Shown one piece after another: positions 13,389-29,100 of a DNA stretch of 64,000 nt. The notes under the pieces are model-generated. The model was not told the origin of the DNA. It searched no databases and saw only the letters and a list, made by a program, of their open reading frames with translations. The DNA comes from Bugula neritina. Taxonomy: Eukaryota; Animalia; Bryozoa. The stretch lies in the NCBI GenBank assembly GCA_964035545.1, contig OZ037765.1:34471504-34535503 (forward strand). Direction: 5' to 3'. The translations under genes and the position numbers were made by a program. Numbering within the stretch: position 1 is the stretch's first letter; every line of letters starts with the position of its first letter.

Positions 13389-16300
13389 AACCAATGCACT
13401 GAGCTACGCTAGCAGCATGGAGCCAGTGTAGAACTGATAAGAGAGAAAAACAACTTCAACACCTCCACTGATATTATTATTGCTTCACTACATAATTAAT
13501 GTTATTTTAAATTATTCCGATAGAGTTGAGCTTTGATTTGTGAGGTAGAAATGAGCCGTTTCACGGGAAGGTAATTACAGAGATTGGACGAGGTGATGTA
13601 AAGAAAGATGGAGACCCGCAGACGTCGGATTCTTCTGATGAAGTCTCACTTGAAACTAGACGTAGGCTGCTTCTATATGATTATATAACATGAGTTCTAG
13701 GAAACTGTCGCCAGAGATGCTATCACCATTTATTGTTATATAAAAGTTAACATATTAATACAAAGTGATAAAATCAAACTAAATTATTATTAAACTATTT
13801 TTGTATTTTGAGCTGCAATAATTCTTTAGTCCAAACCACTAACCAAACTGACAGTAATGGAACACTAATGTGTCTAATTTCTTATTATATAATTCAAATT
13901 TAGCGGTATAAAGTTAGTTTAGCTAAATTTGGCAAGAATCTTAGATATAATTCGGCTATAGATTGTGTAATAATTCTTAATTATGATGCTCTCAATGTGT
14001 GTTTAACCGTTAATGCATATAGTATTATATTTATATGCCCTTGGAAGATTTAGCACTGAATATGTTTGAATTGGGCCCCTAGATATCCAAGTACACCTTG
14101 TTTATTGTAAACAGTTGGTTTAAGAACAGTTAAAATAACAACACAAAGTGAGTATTGGACAGGCTTAGTGTCACTAGTAAATGGGGGTATTGTATAACAT
14201 AGTATCTTAAAATAATCTCAAATACTAAGAGAGGGAGATATACCCTGTAGAGTATATTGTCATAGGTACAAACTACTGCATTTAGATGTTATAAGAAGCA
14301 CCAATTTATGCATTTCTATAACTGCTTTTTGTAGTAATGCAAAATAAGAGGCATTTTCTCTTGAAAGAAAGCCCTAAATTTCATATTTTCATTACAAAAT
14401 GCTCCCTGCGTAACATATATTAATACTAGAGACAGCTAAAAAAGCTCTCTATAGCATCAAAAGTGCTGAAACGTGGAAAAATACTATTTACTCCTTTTCA
14501 GATGGTTTTAAGCTAATAAGCATTTCACAAATTTGACTAAAATATTTTTGAAAGTATTTAAAAATCTACTCTTAAATAGGATATTTCTATATTCTATTAA
14601 ATGATTCGTATTCATATAAAAAGCTGCTCCAATGTTTTCTTTAATAAATTCAATCAACTCTTAAAGCTACATCAAAGGCTTAACAAAACTATCAGTTTCA
14701 CAGTACAAGCTGTTTCAATTAAATTAATTTGTTGAGAGAAAGTTCGAACTCTTCAAGCTTCATTGAACACTATTGAGTATTTAGGGTAAACTTTCCTCCT
14801 ATAGGAAGTGTGAGGGTTCTAGCCCTTTTCTCCTCCTTTACAAGAACATAGTGGTTCAACCACAGAACTGGATATTGTGCTGAGAATACTGTCTTTATTA
14901 ATATTCATCTCTAACATTGGGCTACTTAGCTGTCTACATGCTGATGAAACGTATAATATTGTGTTGTGGACCCATTAGCACTTTTGTTCTAACTACTTCT
15001 TATGCAATACTTATTATTCTGCACTTTGGTTGTTCCTCGTGTAATTCTTATGCATACTTTTTGCTATAATTTCTCTTTGGTCACATAACTGAGGGATTTT
15101 AGCTGCCCTCCTACAGATATACTACATTATATGAATGTAGCAAATATTTGGGGTTCTTTTCTTCATTTTATTATTTGCAATGAGTTTATTTAGAGAGAAT
15201 ATCTTGAGTAACAGCTTAGCTCTGCATATTGTGTAGGTATATATTTCATAGTGAGTTATAGTAGCTTTGGATCTATAGGAATTGTACAGCTAATCAAAAG
15301 CTACATAGCACACTATTTATACTAGAGCTACCACAGTAAAACCTCAGGCTAATGTAGCAAAAATAGCCAACATTTTTCTCTTTTCCCCTTTCAAAGTGTC
15401 ATAATTGAATTTAAAAACAAAGGCCAAGTGGTTGTACAACTAATAACAGACGATTGAAGTGGATTGTGGTACAGCTGAGAGTCTCTCTACAGTTAGACTC
15501 AGCTATTAGACCTGCCGTAGTGCAGAGCAACCCTCATACGTGAAGCTGTAGAGAGAGTAGCAGAGGCCTGGGGTGATCATGTCACTGATAGTTGAATGTT
15601 ACAATTAAATACACTTATCTGGGTGTACATGTCACCTCTCTAAACAGCCCCCAGCGTCTCCATTCTACTGCCACTTGGATCATACAAACTCAACACAATT
15701 TACACGTCTTTCTGTTTGTCATAACAAGTTGAACAAATATTTCCGTGTGAGAAGAAGGTGTGAGAAAGAATGTAAGACTCCTGTTCATGGGACTATTTAA
15801 ACAGTCCTAAAATATCTTATAATATTTCTTTTATTTTTAGAACATTTCAAAGTAGACACAGATTATAAAAATATCCCATAATCAAGACAATATAAATTAA
15901 TGCTGCAGTTTCTAGGTTGTTTTAAATATTCCATATGAGGAATATTTTATAACTATACGTAGTACCATTACTGCAGTCTGCTAGGGCATTAGATGCAGTG
16001 TTACACTTCAGGGTTTGAAACAAGAATCAATATATTCAGGGGCTGCCGACTGCTTATTGGATGAGTCACATGTTATGACTCGTAATCTATTACTCATACT
16101 AAATATGAAAATACAATAATTAGATTAACTGAAAGTCTAACAGGCGTGGAGCTGTGAATTGCTATGAAGCCTTAATAATGTTACATCTTATCCACCTGAT
16201 TCACAAAAATTCAGCAGTGCATGACGTTTAAATATATTAAATTGAGCTTTTTTTAAAAAGCAGCCAGCTAAATTATTATATTCATATGAATGCAGTCAAC

Positions 16301-18991
16301 ATTGCATGCTAGCTGGTATATTTCATGAAATAATATAATCATCAATTTTTGTAATCCTTCAAATATAACCTTAAACAAATGCAATGCTTATGTAAAATAT
16401 GCCTAAAGGTACACCATTCATCAAAGTTTAGTTTTTTGCTGAAAGCTATCTCAACAGAGTTTAAAGTTACCAAACATTATGCTGAAAATATCACAGTTCA
16501 AACGCTTCCATTATAAGAAATGCAGTCTGGGAAAGACTAAGATTTCCATTTGCTAATTGCAATAAAACAGAGTAGTAATAAAGTAATGAGAAAATACTGT
16601 CTGCAGTATATTCCGTCTGCTTGGTCACAATGTGGTCATTAATTTAGGGGCCGAGTAGAGACAATCCTGCTCTACTCACTGCCCGCTCTCCGTGCTCATC
16701 TGATAAGGGTATTGTTGTTATAACACAAATTAGCTGTAATTTGCTGCAAGTGGAATTTCTTTAATTTGTCCGTGAGAGCTCAATTGAAGAGTAGCTGTTA
16801 AAGCGGAGAGATCAAAGAGCGGAGGTGAGAATCCAAACACGCGAGAGAGAAATCTTAAATTAGGAAATTTCTTGTAATAAATATAATATTACGTTAAATG
16901 ATGAGACTAATAATTGTTTTAGTAGGCGACTGTGAGTTTGCAGGGACTACGGTGTGTAGTAATTAGCTCAACTATTAGCTAACTATCAGCTGGGTTGAGT
17001 GAGCAAGTTGTTTGAAGCTGCAGGAGATAAAAAACTCAATAATATGTCGCCCTCTAGGAGATGAGTTGAAACTCTGAAGGCATAAAGGGAGACATAAAGA
17101 TTTAATATTCTAAGTTTTCTCATGTAGAACTATTTTAGTAAATGCTAAAGTGGTAATTTTTCCTTATTTTCAAAATATTTATTTAGTTGTTTTTAAAGTT
17201 ATTTATAATAATTACTGTTTATTAAAATACCAATATGCAAGGGAATTTTTATGAAGGCTCCATGTAGTAAGTGTAGGATATGTTAACAATAAAACTGAAC
17301 CTAAATACTGCATGTTGTTACGCATCCATTTATAGAATAAGCTATTAACATATTTAAAAGAAACCAGCGGCCCACTTGAATTCAATTATGTCTAACCGTG
17401 TAATGCATTACAAGGAATAATTAATGTAATTTGAAATTTGAATGAATCACTAGAAATGCTTTGAATAGAGTGAAAGCTCAAGTGGTTATCCATTTCTATC
17501 CCTAAACTCAGTGTATACAAGTATTTTATATTTACAGTTAGGACTTTGGGGTATCAAGTCATACATTTCTTTTGACGGCATCTGCTATTAGCAGTGGATA
17601 CTTCAATATTCTTATCTCTTCCTTTGCAACTCATTCAACTGGCATAGAAGTGTGCCATGAATTAGCTGAGATTGTATTTGTGTGCGCGTGCATAGAGTGC
17701 CCATATGTCTACGCTGACAGCAGTTTAAGGGGGGCTATGCATCGTCCCGCATGGATATCTAGATAAGTTTTAGTCATCCCAAATTTGAACAGATGGTTGA
17801 GTTTATCTGCAGTAGAAAAGGCATGCATTTCTTGTCACTAATTGTCAATATAACGCTAGGTTTGCACATGTTGCAATGGATTGCTTTTGTTTAGTAAATT
17901 ATATTATCTTCCATGGCTCACTTATAAATTAGCAAATATATTAGTTTATCAAATGTTTGCTTTCTTTCCACGCTGACTGCAGCAGCACCTTAGCAGTTGG
18001 CTGAACAAATCAAATTATGGCTTCCTTTATTGTGGCAATTCAAATTATTTCATTTTAACAATTGATATATATTTCGTAGACATGATGACCTAAGTTTAAG
18101 CTAACCCCTAACAAATGCTTTAAATATAATTTTTATTTTCAAAATAAAACAACAATTTGCACATATTATTTGTCTTTGATAATTATATGTCCAGACAGGT
18201 ATTGAATTAAAATCCATAAGTCTCATTAGCAAGAACTGCAGGCTAGTTTTGTTGAACTTGACCTTGTAGTGGTATACATCACATAGCCTAGGGCACACAG
18301 CCCTGGACACACCGTAGGTGAAATCATTATGTAACTGGAAACTATTCTAGATCTTGTTGGTTGGATCCAATATTTACACTCTGAGAACGTTGCAGATGTG
18401 GAGAGAGAAGCAAACAGGTGATTCACTGCAAATGAAACAACGAAATTAAGGCGCCCTTTTGCATGTAGTATAACAGCAACTACTGCTTGCTTAGTCATAA
18501 CTGAGTGCACCAGTGTAAGTGCAAGAATAGACAATTCTTGATTACAAATTTTTCCCACGTTAATTTTGAAGTCATGCTGACGTTGCATTGTATCAGTAAC
18601 TATGACGACCAGCAGACTGCCTGTGTGACACCTTGAGATTAAACTGTTTAGTTGAGGGGTTCCAACGAGAAAGACAAATCTACTATAGACTAAATATTAT
18701 CCAAGTGTAACAGATACCATATAATGGTGAGGAAGTAACTCCAAAACATATTGTGTTTAGCAATAATAATATGACAACCCTGACAGGTCTAGTAGTGTCA
18801 ACTTTAAGCTAGACTACTAAGTATTGGTATAATAATATTATATTATTGAATAACATTTAATTGTGAAATTCACACAATATAATTATAATAATATAGAAGT
18901 TAATCAGCACTTTGCTCTTGAGTATAATAATAGAAGCAAGTATCAAATACTACACATCACTATCCTTGCCTTTTCATAGTTGTATATATAG

Positions 18992-20161
18992 TATTATACT
19001 ACACTCAGTATAGTGTACATACCCTCTATGTATTATACTACACTCAGTATAGTGTACATACCCTCTATGTATTATACTACACTCAGTATAGGGTACATAC
19101 CCTCTATGTATTATATTACACTTAGTATAGGGTACATACCCTCTATGTATTATACTACACTCAGTATAGGGTACATACCCCTCTATGTATTATATTACAC
19201 TTAGTATAGGGTACATACCCTCTATGTATTATACTACACTCAGTATAGGGTACATACCCTCTATGTATTATATTACACTCAGTGTAGGGTACATACCCTC
19301 TATGTATTATACTACACTCAGTATAAGGTACATACCCTCTATGTATTATATTACACTTAGTATAGGGTACATACCCTCTATGTATTATACTACACTCAGT
19401 ATAGGGTACATACCCTCTATGTATTATATTACACTTAGTATAGGGTACATACCCTCTATGTATTATACTACACTCAGTATAGGGTACATACCCTCTATGT
19501 ATTATATTACACTTAGTATAGGGTACATACCCTCTATGTATTATACTACACTCAGTATAGGGTACATACCCTCTATGTATTATATTACACTCAGTGTAGG
19601 GTACATACCCTCTATGTATTATACTACACTCAGTATAAGGTACATACCCTCTATGTATTATATTACACTTAGTATAGGGTACATACCCTCTATGTATTAT
19701 ACTACACTCAGTATAGGGTACATACCCCTCTATGTATTATATTACACTTAGTATAGGGTACATACCCTCTATGTATTATACTACACTCAGTATAGGGTAC
19801 ATACCCTCTATGTATTATCCTACACTCAGTATAGGGTACATACCCTCTATGTATTATATTACACTTAGTATAGGGTACATACCCTCTATGTATTATATTA
19901 CACTTAGTATAGGGTACATACCCTCTATGTATTATACTACACTCAGTATAGGGTACATACCCCTCTATGTATTATACTACACTTAGTATAGGGTACATAC
20001 CCTCTATGTATTATCCTACACTCAGTATAGGGTACATACCCTCTATGTATTATCTTACACTCAGTATAGGGTACATACCCTCTATGTATTATATTACACT
20101 CAGTATATAGGGTATATACCCTCTATGTATTATATTACACTCAGTATAGGGTACATACCCC
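18992..20161. repeat. 39-bp minisatellite abutting the CatSper3 stop codon
   Basis: Unit TATAGGGTACATACCCTCTATGTATTATACTACACTCAG, ~30 copies; source of the YYTTLSIGYIPSM repeat ORFs. Confidence 0.95.
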
Positions 20162-23100
20162 TCAGTGTGAGACGGAGAGTCGGTATTTCTTAGAGATGCG
20201 TCGCTGGGACTCGGTAAGTGAGCTGCTGGACAGTTGTTTCTCCAGGTGTTCAGCTAAAGTGTTGGCCATTTCAAAGTGCAGCTGCTGTAACCTGGAAGTA
20301 GCAATGCTAGGTGACATCATGTAATACACACAAGTTGTGTTTACACAGATAAAACTTATACTTATATAGACTACTATAAGTTTCAGCACAAAAAGACGGA
20401 ATATATGTAGAGAAATGTGCTGCTGTATTAACACACATGATGACTAATTCTAATTATATATTTAGAATTTTATTAGAAAAAAGTTTCTTTATATGTTATT
20501 TTTTATCCACATCTTTTATAGGGCGCAGCAAATCAACAAGTTGGGATTTAATAAACAGAAATACTAGCAAAATGTGTCTATGTTGCTGTTGGTTGTAACA
20601 CTCAAGGTAGAAGATAACTGCTAATTTTCCAGACATACTATTGCTAGTTCATGTTTTCAGTGTAGTCATATGTTTTAGATGCATACCATTTTAAAGAAAG
20701 TAGTATCAAAGTGTATATAATTGGCTTTCCCCATCATGCACTTTACTCATTGGGGTAAATATTGGAGTTGTGTTTCTCTGCTCAGCAAGTTGAGCGTTGA
20801 GTATGTCATTCAATATAATATGTTGGAGCAAATTTTCTATTTTTGCTTTTCTGTGTTTCCGTTTAGTTTGATAGAATCAGTATATCAACGTCAATAGTGT
20901 CATTTAAACGAATCCCTTATCAGTATGAGTGGGAAAGTGTTTAATAAATAGATTAAGGAAAACAAAATGGCTCTGTGCATTGAATGATAACTCTGCAGTT
21001 ATAATAGGAAATAACCATGACATAGCTTGAATTCTAGATACAGAATAGACTAAGTACCTGAACATAGTGTTGTCCATATGATCAAGGGACGTCACCATCG
21101 TCTCAATCCAAATCAGATTGGTGCACAGGTCTGTCATCTGCACGTAGTCGTCGTGTCTCAGAGTCTTCTGGAAATCTTGTAGCATGTCGTGGAAGTTTGA
21201 GAAGTTTCCCATTTTCTACAGTAGAGCTCATTGTAGCCTAATATGCTAGTATATTGTATGAAGGTAGAGCTCATTGTAGCCTAATATGCTAGTATATTGT
21301 ATGAAGGTAGAGCTCATTGTATACTAATAATATGCTAGTATATTGTATGAAGGTAGAGCTCATTGTATACTAATATGCTAGTATATTGTATGAAGAGAGA
21401 GCTCATTGTATACTAATATGCTAGTATATTGTATGAAGAGAGAGCTCATTGTATACTAATATGCTAGTATATTGTATGAAGGTAGAGCTCATTGTATACT
21501 AATATGCTAGTATATTGTATGAAGAGAGAGCTCATTGTATACTAATATGCTAGTATATTGTATGAAGAGAGAGAGAGCTCATTGTATACTAATATGCTAG
21601 TATATTGTATGAAGAGAGAGCTCATTGTATACTAATATGCTAGTATATTGTATGAAGAGAGAGAGAGAGCTCATTGTATACTAATATGCTAGTATATTGT
21701 ATGAAGAGAGAGAGAGCTCATTGTAGCCTAATATGCTAGTATATTGTATGAAGAGAGAGCTCATTGTATACTAATATGCTAGTATATTGTATGAAGAGAG
21801 GGAGAGCTCATTGTATACTAATATGCTAGTATATTGTATGAAGGTAGAGCTCATTGTATACTAATATGCTAGTATATTGTATGAAGAGAGAGAGAGAGCT
21901 CATTGTATACTAATATGCTAGTATATTGTATGAAGAAAGAGCTCATTATATATTAATATGAAAGAGCTAAGGCTATTCTCTAGTATATGATACAGAGAGG
22001 AAATAGCCTACAGTTCTACAGCACAGAACTCACCTGCCTCTCCAGCATGCGCTTGACGTCGCTCTGTTGTCTCTTCATCATAAACTCTTTCTTATTCTTT
22101 ATTATAGCCTCTCTTTCGGCCATTTGCTGCTTCTGTATGCATCAGAAATATATTACACTATATATTACTATGTTACACTATATATTACATTACATATTAT
22201 TATACTATACTGTATTACTATATCATATATGTTACTATATGATATAATATATTGTTACATGCTATAGCTACTAATTGCTACAGTATATTATATGCTGTAG
22301 TATATTATAGTACTCAGTGTTATAATATATTACTATTATAGACTATATTACACTACCTACTATGTTTATATTATAATACTTTATAGTATATTATTATATT
22401 ACTGTAGTATGTTTTGCAATATGTAGCAATGTGCAGTGCAATTTAATGCACAACACAATTACATTAAAAACATTGTAAAACCTTGTGGTGTAGTGCAGTA
22501 TAACACAATAAAACATGTTCAGTAGTCTATTTTGTTCCAAGAGTGTAGCTGATATTGGGAGATGAAACTGTACATTTCCTGGTTGTTTATTAAACCTATT
22601 CCACAATAGTGCAACACTCCACTGTGTAATAGCAAGACATAAAATGCTGTCATCTGTCATTCTGTCATTCTGTCATGCTGTCATTCTGTCATGCTGCATC
22701 TCATGTTCCAGAAATCTGTTATTGAAGTTATGACTCATAGAAATGTGATTTACTGGGCATACTGTATCTGTTTATCTCATTTAAGAGTTGAGAAATTGAA
22801 TGTTGTAATTTGCTATCGCATTGACATTCCCTAACTCTGTCCACATCCCCCCAGTTCCTGATCTGTACTCACTAATAGCGCTTATCAGATGAATAACAAT
22901 ATTTTGTCATATCGTATGAAGTATTGATAGCAATCAGCCTCGTCAATAGCCAATATTACTAGTTAATATGACTGATATTATATATATAATATCTCCTTCT
23001 TATATTGTATTGTTTAACCAATCAGATAACGATATAAACAAAGCTGTAGGTTAAAATAGACACAATACAAGTGGTGAGCCGTGCTCAGCGTGTATTGTTA

Positions 23101-26100
23101 GTTGTCATTAGAGAGTCGACTTAGTAACTAACTAGTGCTACTGACTGATAGTTATAGTGATGACTACTAACTAGTGAGGGATGAACGACTCACTGAGAAC
23201 TGTTACTAGAGTGCTACTCAGTGTATTGTGGATAGCACAGTGTGAAGGTAAGCCGGTGAGAGTATTTTAGTTATAACATCATTACCTTTACAGTGTGTTA
23301 TATCAATATTATCGCAGCAAACAATATCAATATGAATATGCTATTTGGTCGGAGGTTTTGTTCAAAGAACGTCACAAATTTTTATTAACTGATTATAGTG
23401 TCAGCCATTATTATTTAGCCTTTAGGTGAATATAAAGTTTGCTGTTACCTTATATTAGATGTGGCATTGCATAGCACTGCTGTGCTTTAAGTTCATTGCC
23501 CTCAGCTTTTGAACAATAAGCAGGCAATGGTGTTCATACACTCCTATCTTACACTAAGTACAGTAAGTTAACTGTCCCCAGGTGGATTCTTCCAGTTCTA
23601 CACTATGATACGGAACATTGCACAAGTTGAGCCCACCAAGTTTCTACAATACGGATGTTACTGCGGACTCGGTAATTCTGGGACTCAAAGGGTCGTAGAT
23701 TGCATGGATATGTGAGTATTACAATAATGTTATAATACCATGAGATAGGAGAGAGGGTCGTAGATTGCATGGATATGTGAGTATTACAATGATGTTATAC
23801 TACAATGAGATAGGAGAGAGGGTTGTATAGTGTATATTACAACGTTATGGACAAATATTTCATGGCCTGTTCATGTCGTTAGGAAAACTAATGCCATACT
23901 TGCGCACCAGCAGTCTACCAGCTGTAGATGTGAATATAGTTACTAGTAGATCTAATCATTGGAATGCAGCAAAATACATCTTCCTCAAGCTTGTTCCTGA
24001 TATACAATAGCTTACAAAGCTCTCATACGCAACTCATTCCAATATTAAATACAGAAGCACATGGGGCAGAGATTCTTTTATATGCCAGGCAGCACTCAAG
24101 CTAAATAAACTTGTATAATAATTTTTGTTAATTGACTTCCAGCCTCAGAGACTTTTTACTCCTATTTTTAAGCCATGTATGTTACACTGTTATCATTTTT
24201 AATATCATGGGCATCGGTATTTAACACCTTTTTCTCACAACATATATCATGTTAGTGATAGAAATAAAATCAACCAATCAATCAATTAATCAATCAATCA
24301 ATCGATTATGTAACACTTTCTATGAAGAGTGGTGATATATTTCTAAAGAGTTCAAAACATGTCAAATTTCCTACTGATACAAAAAGGTGCCAAGTTGTAG
24401 ACTATGTGTAAGAAACTCCTACATGCAGGAGGTCTAACACAGTCATTGACTTGTTCGCTGCACCATGAGGTCTACAGACTCACTGCTCACAGCAGAAAGA
24501 GTGTTCGTAGGTGCGGCATTGAAGAGGCTTTAATAGTCTAAATTCTATAATTATCTACTAAGCATAGTTTGGGGTGTAGGCTGAAAGTGTTGCTACATGA
24601 TTGGTGCACTGTACTCTGTAGGTGCTGTTACCACCACGATTACTGTATAGAAGACCTCAAAGAGCCCTGTCCCAAGGAGTACAATACCTACAGTAGCACC
24701 TCCTACCAGTACAACTCAACCAATATGCAGTGCTGTGAGTAGCTTCTATGAGGTTCATATACCACGTCACGTGGTCAGTAACTCAGTTAGTGGCGAGACA
24801 ACTTTCAAGTATGTGCTTTTCCTGCGGTTCACTGCCTATATTAGGAATTGTGCTGAAGGGAAATATGAATTAGGACTTATGTTGGATTAGGGTATATGTC
24901 ATGTATTGGAGAAGGCTAGTGGTAGAAGTAGGTTTAACAAGCTGTTGGAATAAATCACGAGGTTACAGTTAGTTTCCCTTGTCTGTCTGTCTGTCTTGTC
25001 TGGTGGTAGGTAAGTATTCCTGCTGCCGCATGCTGCTGTATCGTACTGAAGTCTCAGGTGACACCTGCTATCATACTTGACAGCTTTTACAAGTCATAGT
25101 ATAACCTTTTGTCTGACATAAAATGTTAAATTAATTTTCTTTAATGATTGCTTGAAAATAGTGTTGTTTTCGCTGCTGTTTTAAGTGGTGTTTAAATGGC
25201 TGACTACGGTGTAACAACATGTGCTGCTACAGTGTCACATGTACTGCTACAGTGTGACATGTACTGTTACAGTGCCGGATCAAGACGAGTGCCGTTTTAA
25301 AGTCTGTAAGTGTGACTATGATTTTGCTCAGTGCACTAAAATATATAAGAGTCTGTACAAAGGAGATTGTGTGAGGACTAAAGACACCTTCATATGTCAG
25401 TATGTAATCTCAAACTTATATATGTCAGTACGTAATCTCAAACCTATGTATCTATGTCAGAACGTAATCTCAAACCTTCATACGTCGGTATGTAATCTCA
25501 AACCTTCATACGTCAGTACGTAATCTCAAATCTATATATGTCAGTACGTAATCTCAAATCTATATATGTCAGTACGTAATCTCAAACCTATGTATTTCAG
25601 TATGTAATCTCAAACCTATATATGACACTATGTAATCTCAAACCTATATGTGGCAATTATGTTTCCATAGCAACCAAGACAACTATACTTTACCGACCTG
25701 TCAAAAAGACTTAGTACCTGAAATGAAAGAATCAACGCGGGATGTGTGCTCTCCCTCAAAGCTTATGCCACCCGTACCGCCATCTCAGTCACTAAACAAG
25801 TCGCATATAGTTGTGACTATTCAGACGGATAAAATTGGAGGATTCACAACTCCAAATAGTGCAAACTCCTCAAGTATTTTCCTCAATTTGAATTTAACAC
25901 TAGGAGAAGCTGTGATCCTGTGTCTATTATCAGTATTACTAAACCCTGTAGTTCTGCCTTAGCTGATATAATAGTAAATTCAACTCTAGCATAATATATC
26001 AGTTTATAACTGTGAGAATTTCTACATAAAAATCTCCGCCCATTTGATAATTATTGATGCATTATTATATTATTGTATATTGATATATCATTGTTTGTTG

Positions 26101-29100
26101 ATATATTGATATAATATTTTTATTTTCGTATATGTTTTACCTATGGAGCTACTAGAGTATTCATTAATTTAGTTCATCATGCCTTTTGTCTGTAATTAGC
26201 AACTACTGTAAAGTTCTGTAACTGACTATATTTATATACTGAAGAGGTTGTTTCATATCTTATACCAAGTTAGAGACTTTTAGTCACAAAATTTCCATTT
26301 GTTAAGAATAATATTAATACTTGAGCACAAAACAGCTTTCTATAAACAATTGTTTTACCCTCATGCTATACCCTCACGTGCTATACCCTCACATGCTATA
26401 CTTTCACATGCTATACTCTCAAATGCTCTACCTTCACATGCTATACTCTCACATGCTATACCTTCACATGCTATACTTTCACATGCTATACCTTCACATG
26501 CTATACCCTCACATGCTATACCTTCACATGCTATACTTTCACATGCTATACCTTCACATGCTATACTCTCACATGCTATACCCTCACATGCTATACCCTC
26601 ACATGCTATACTCCCAGTACAGTTAGTGTATACTGAATAATTTCTTTAAATAACTTCATACCTTATAGTCGTCCGTGGCTTCATTTATATTCATAATAAC
26701 GAGTCCAATAAACACGTTGGTAAAGATGAAGTGACCAATGAAAATAAAGAGGACAGTGAATACTCTACTTCCTGTTTTATTTCGAGCATCGAGTTCCTCC
26801 TGCAAGTCAGTCCAACCTTCTACCTGCGAGAGGAAATAGTATTTACCTGCGAGAGGAAGTAGTATCTACCTGCGAGAGGAAGTAGTATCTACCTGGGATA
26901 GGAAGTAGTATTTACCTGCGATAGGAAATAGTATTTACTTGCATGATGTAATATGTACTAGCAGCTAGTTGGTGAGAACTGTTAACTTACTTCAAGACAT
27001 GAGCCGTCATGTCTTATGTAGAATATTTGTCAAGAAACATCAGATAAATCGTAAACAGATTGCTATTAAAGATTTATCAACTTAACTACGGGCAGAGGTC
27101 AATGTTTGAAGATGTAATCATTCCACTTTGATTTGACTCAATAAAATTACTTATGGACCATGAGTCAATTCTGTATACTTTATATAAATACAATGCAAAC
27201 TTTATATAACATAATGTCATTTAGTCATACAGTACTGGAGAGTAACTGCACTGTTCGATAGTTGCCATTTTTACAATATAATCTTGTGAATAAACTTTCT
27301 TCACATCAACTTGACCTTGAATTAGAGCTGATTCCTTACCGTAACAAAAGCAAACAGGGTCAGCATGGCGCTGCCTAAACTACCCCAATTCTCCTGGTCG
27401 CCATTCTCTCCAGTTCCAAATAAGTAGAACCCCAGAATACCAGATATGAATATCAGCAAAGCCATGAGGAACACCATGTTTACAAACGACTTCCTGATAG
27501 TGTCTAACAGGGCTGTCACAAGTACCTGTAACATGTGTCAACTAGCTGTAGCACCTGTAACATGTGTCAACTAGCTGTAACACCTGTAACATGTGTCAAC
27601 TGGCTGTAACACCTGTAACATGTGTCAACTAGCTGTAACACCTGTAACATGTGTCAACTAGCTGTAGCACCTGTAACATGCGTCAACTAGCTGTAACCAA
27701 TTACATTCATAAGTGCTTATATGTGTATTGATTCTGTTCACAAGAAGACAGTCTACCTCAGTGGTTCCCAACCTGGGGGGAATTCCCCCCTAGGGGGGAA
27801 TTTGGACATTTTAGGGGGGGAATTTGAATTTTGAAAAATTTACGCAATTTGTTGACGGTTTTTGAGCTCTTGCAAGTTACATGTATATGCATATCTATAA
27901 ATCTTCATCTTAGTTCATCTATTTAACCAAACCATATTCTGAAACTACTCTACCCTAACTGTTCCCTGTGCTACTTTGAATGAAGGTCAAAAATATGCAA
28001 AAACCAACAGGCCAATTTTTAGCAGCCATGCAAGTCAATCTCTATGAACTGTATACTACATACCTAGTGAATATATTTGCTACACTAAATAATCTGAACC
28101 TAAAAATGCAGGAGTGCAATCATCATATCATTGCTTTTCATAGCAGCAGCACTGTTTTTAAAGTTACACTAAAGTGGTGGCGTCTATATCCAAAACATGG
28201 TGTTTTTCCCCACACTCAATGAACTTTTATAGGAAACCTGTTCCGACTTTAAGTAAAAATGGCTCAGGTATTAATCGCACACTGGTGTTAAACCCCCCAT
28301 CCTGAACGCTTAACCTCCAACTCAAATCTGCAATGCTAATAATGAAAATTTGCCATTAAAAGTTCAGAGATATGCCTAGGAGTTTTTTGAAAAATAATCT
28401 GGAACAGGTGGTGCCCAGTAGAAATGGCACAGGTAATAATGGCACAAATAGAAAAGTAAGTAAAAATGGCACATGTTTTCAATATTGGGATCGGGGCGTG
28501 GAGCTCGAAAGAGAGGTTTGAGGTGAGGATTTTGGGTTTGTACTTGGGGTTCTGGAGTTTAATGAGAGTACGGGTTTGAACTAGGGAGTGGGGGTTTGGG
28601 GTTCAAGGGTTGGAGGCTTGGGGTGGAGGGTTTGGGGTTTTGGATTTTGAAAAATTTAAAATCAGCGTGCCATTTTTACCTACTTTTCCATTTGTACCAT
28701 TATTACCTGTGCCAATTTTACATGCACCAGCTTTACCTAAAATATTTGTGGGTTTCAAAAAGCAAACTCTTCCCACAAATAACCGACAAAGCAGAATTTT
28801 AAGGTGCCATTCAGCACCATCTACTCGTGTGAGGTAGAATTCTCATCAATTCAATGAGAAAAGAAACTGCCTTAACCTGCAGAGTGACTTAAGATGGGCC
28901 TGGTCAAACACAGAGCCAGGTTTAAGCAAGCTGGCACAAAAGCATCAAATGAAGCAATAACATTAATAATTGAACTGCTCTGTGTTTTATAACATGAAAA
29001 TAACGCAATATTACTATTATGATAATTATATTATATGCAAATATAATAGAACAAAATATATTGCATTGTATCATAATATATTCTCATTCTGTAAGTCATA

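Noticed and set aside
11215-18588. Scattered short ORFs downstream of neurogenin
   Set aside because: No recognisable domains or coherent splice chain.
19013-19986. Repeat-protein ORFs
   Set aside because: Translations of a 39-bp minisatellite with frameshifting unit variants.
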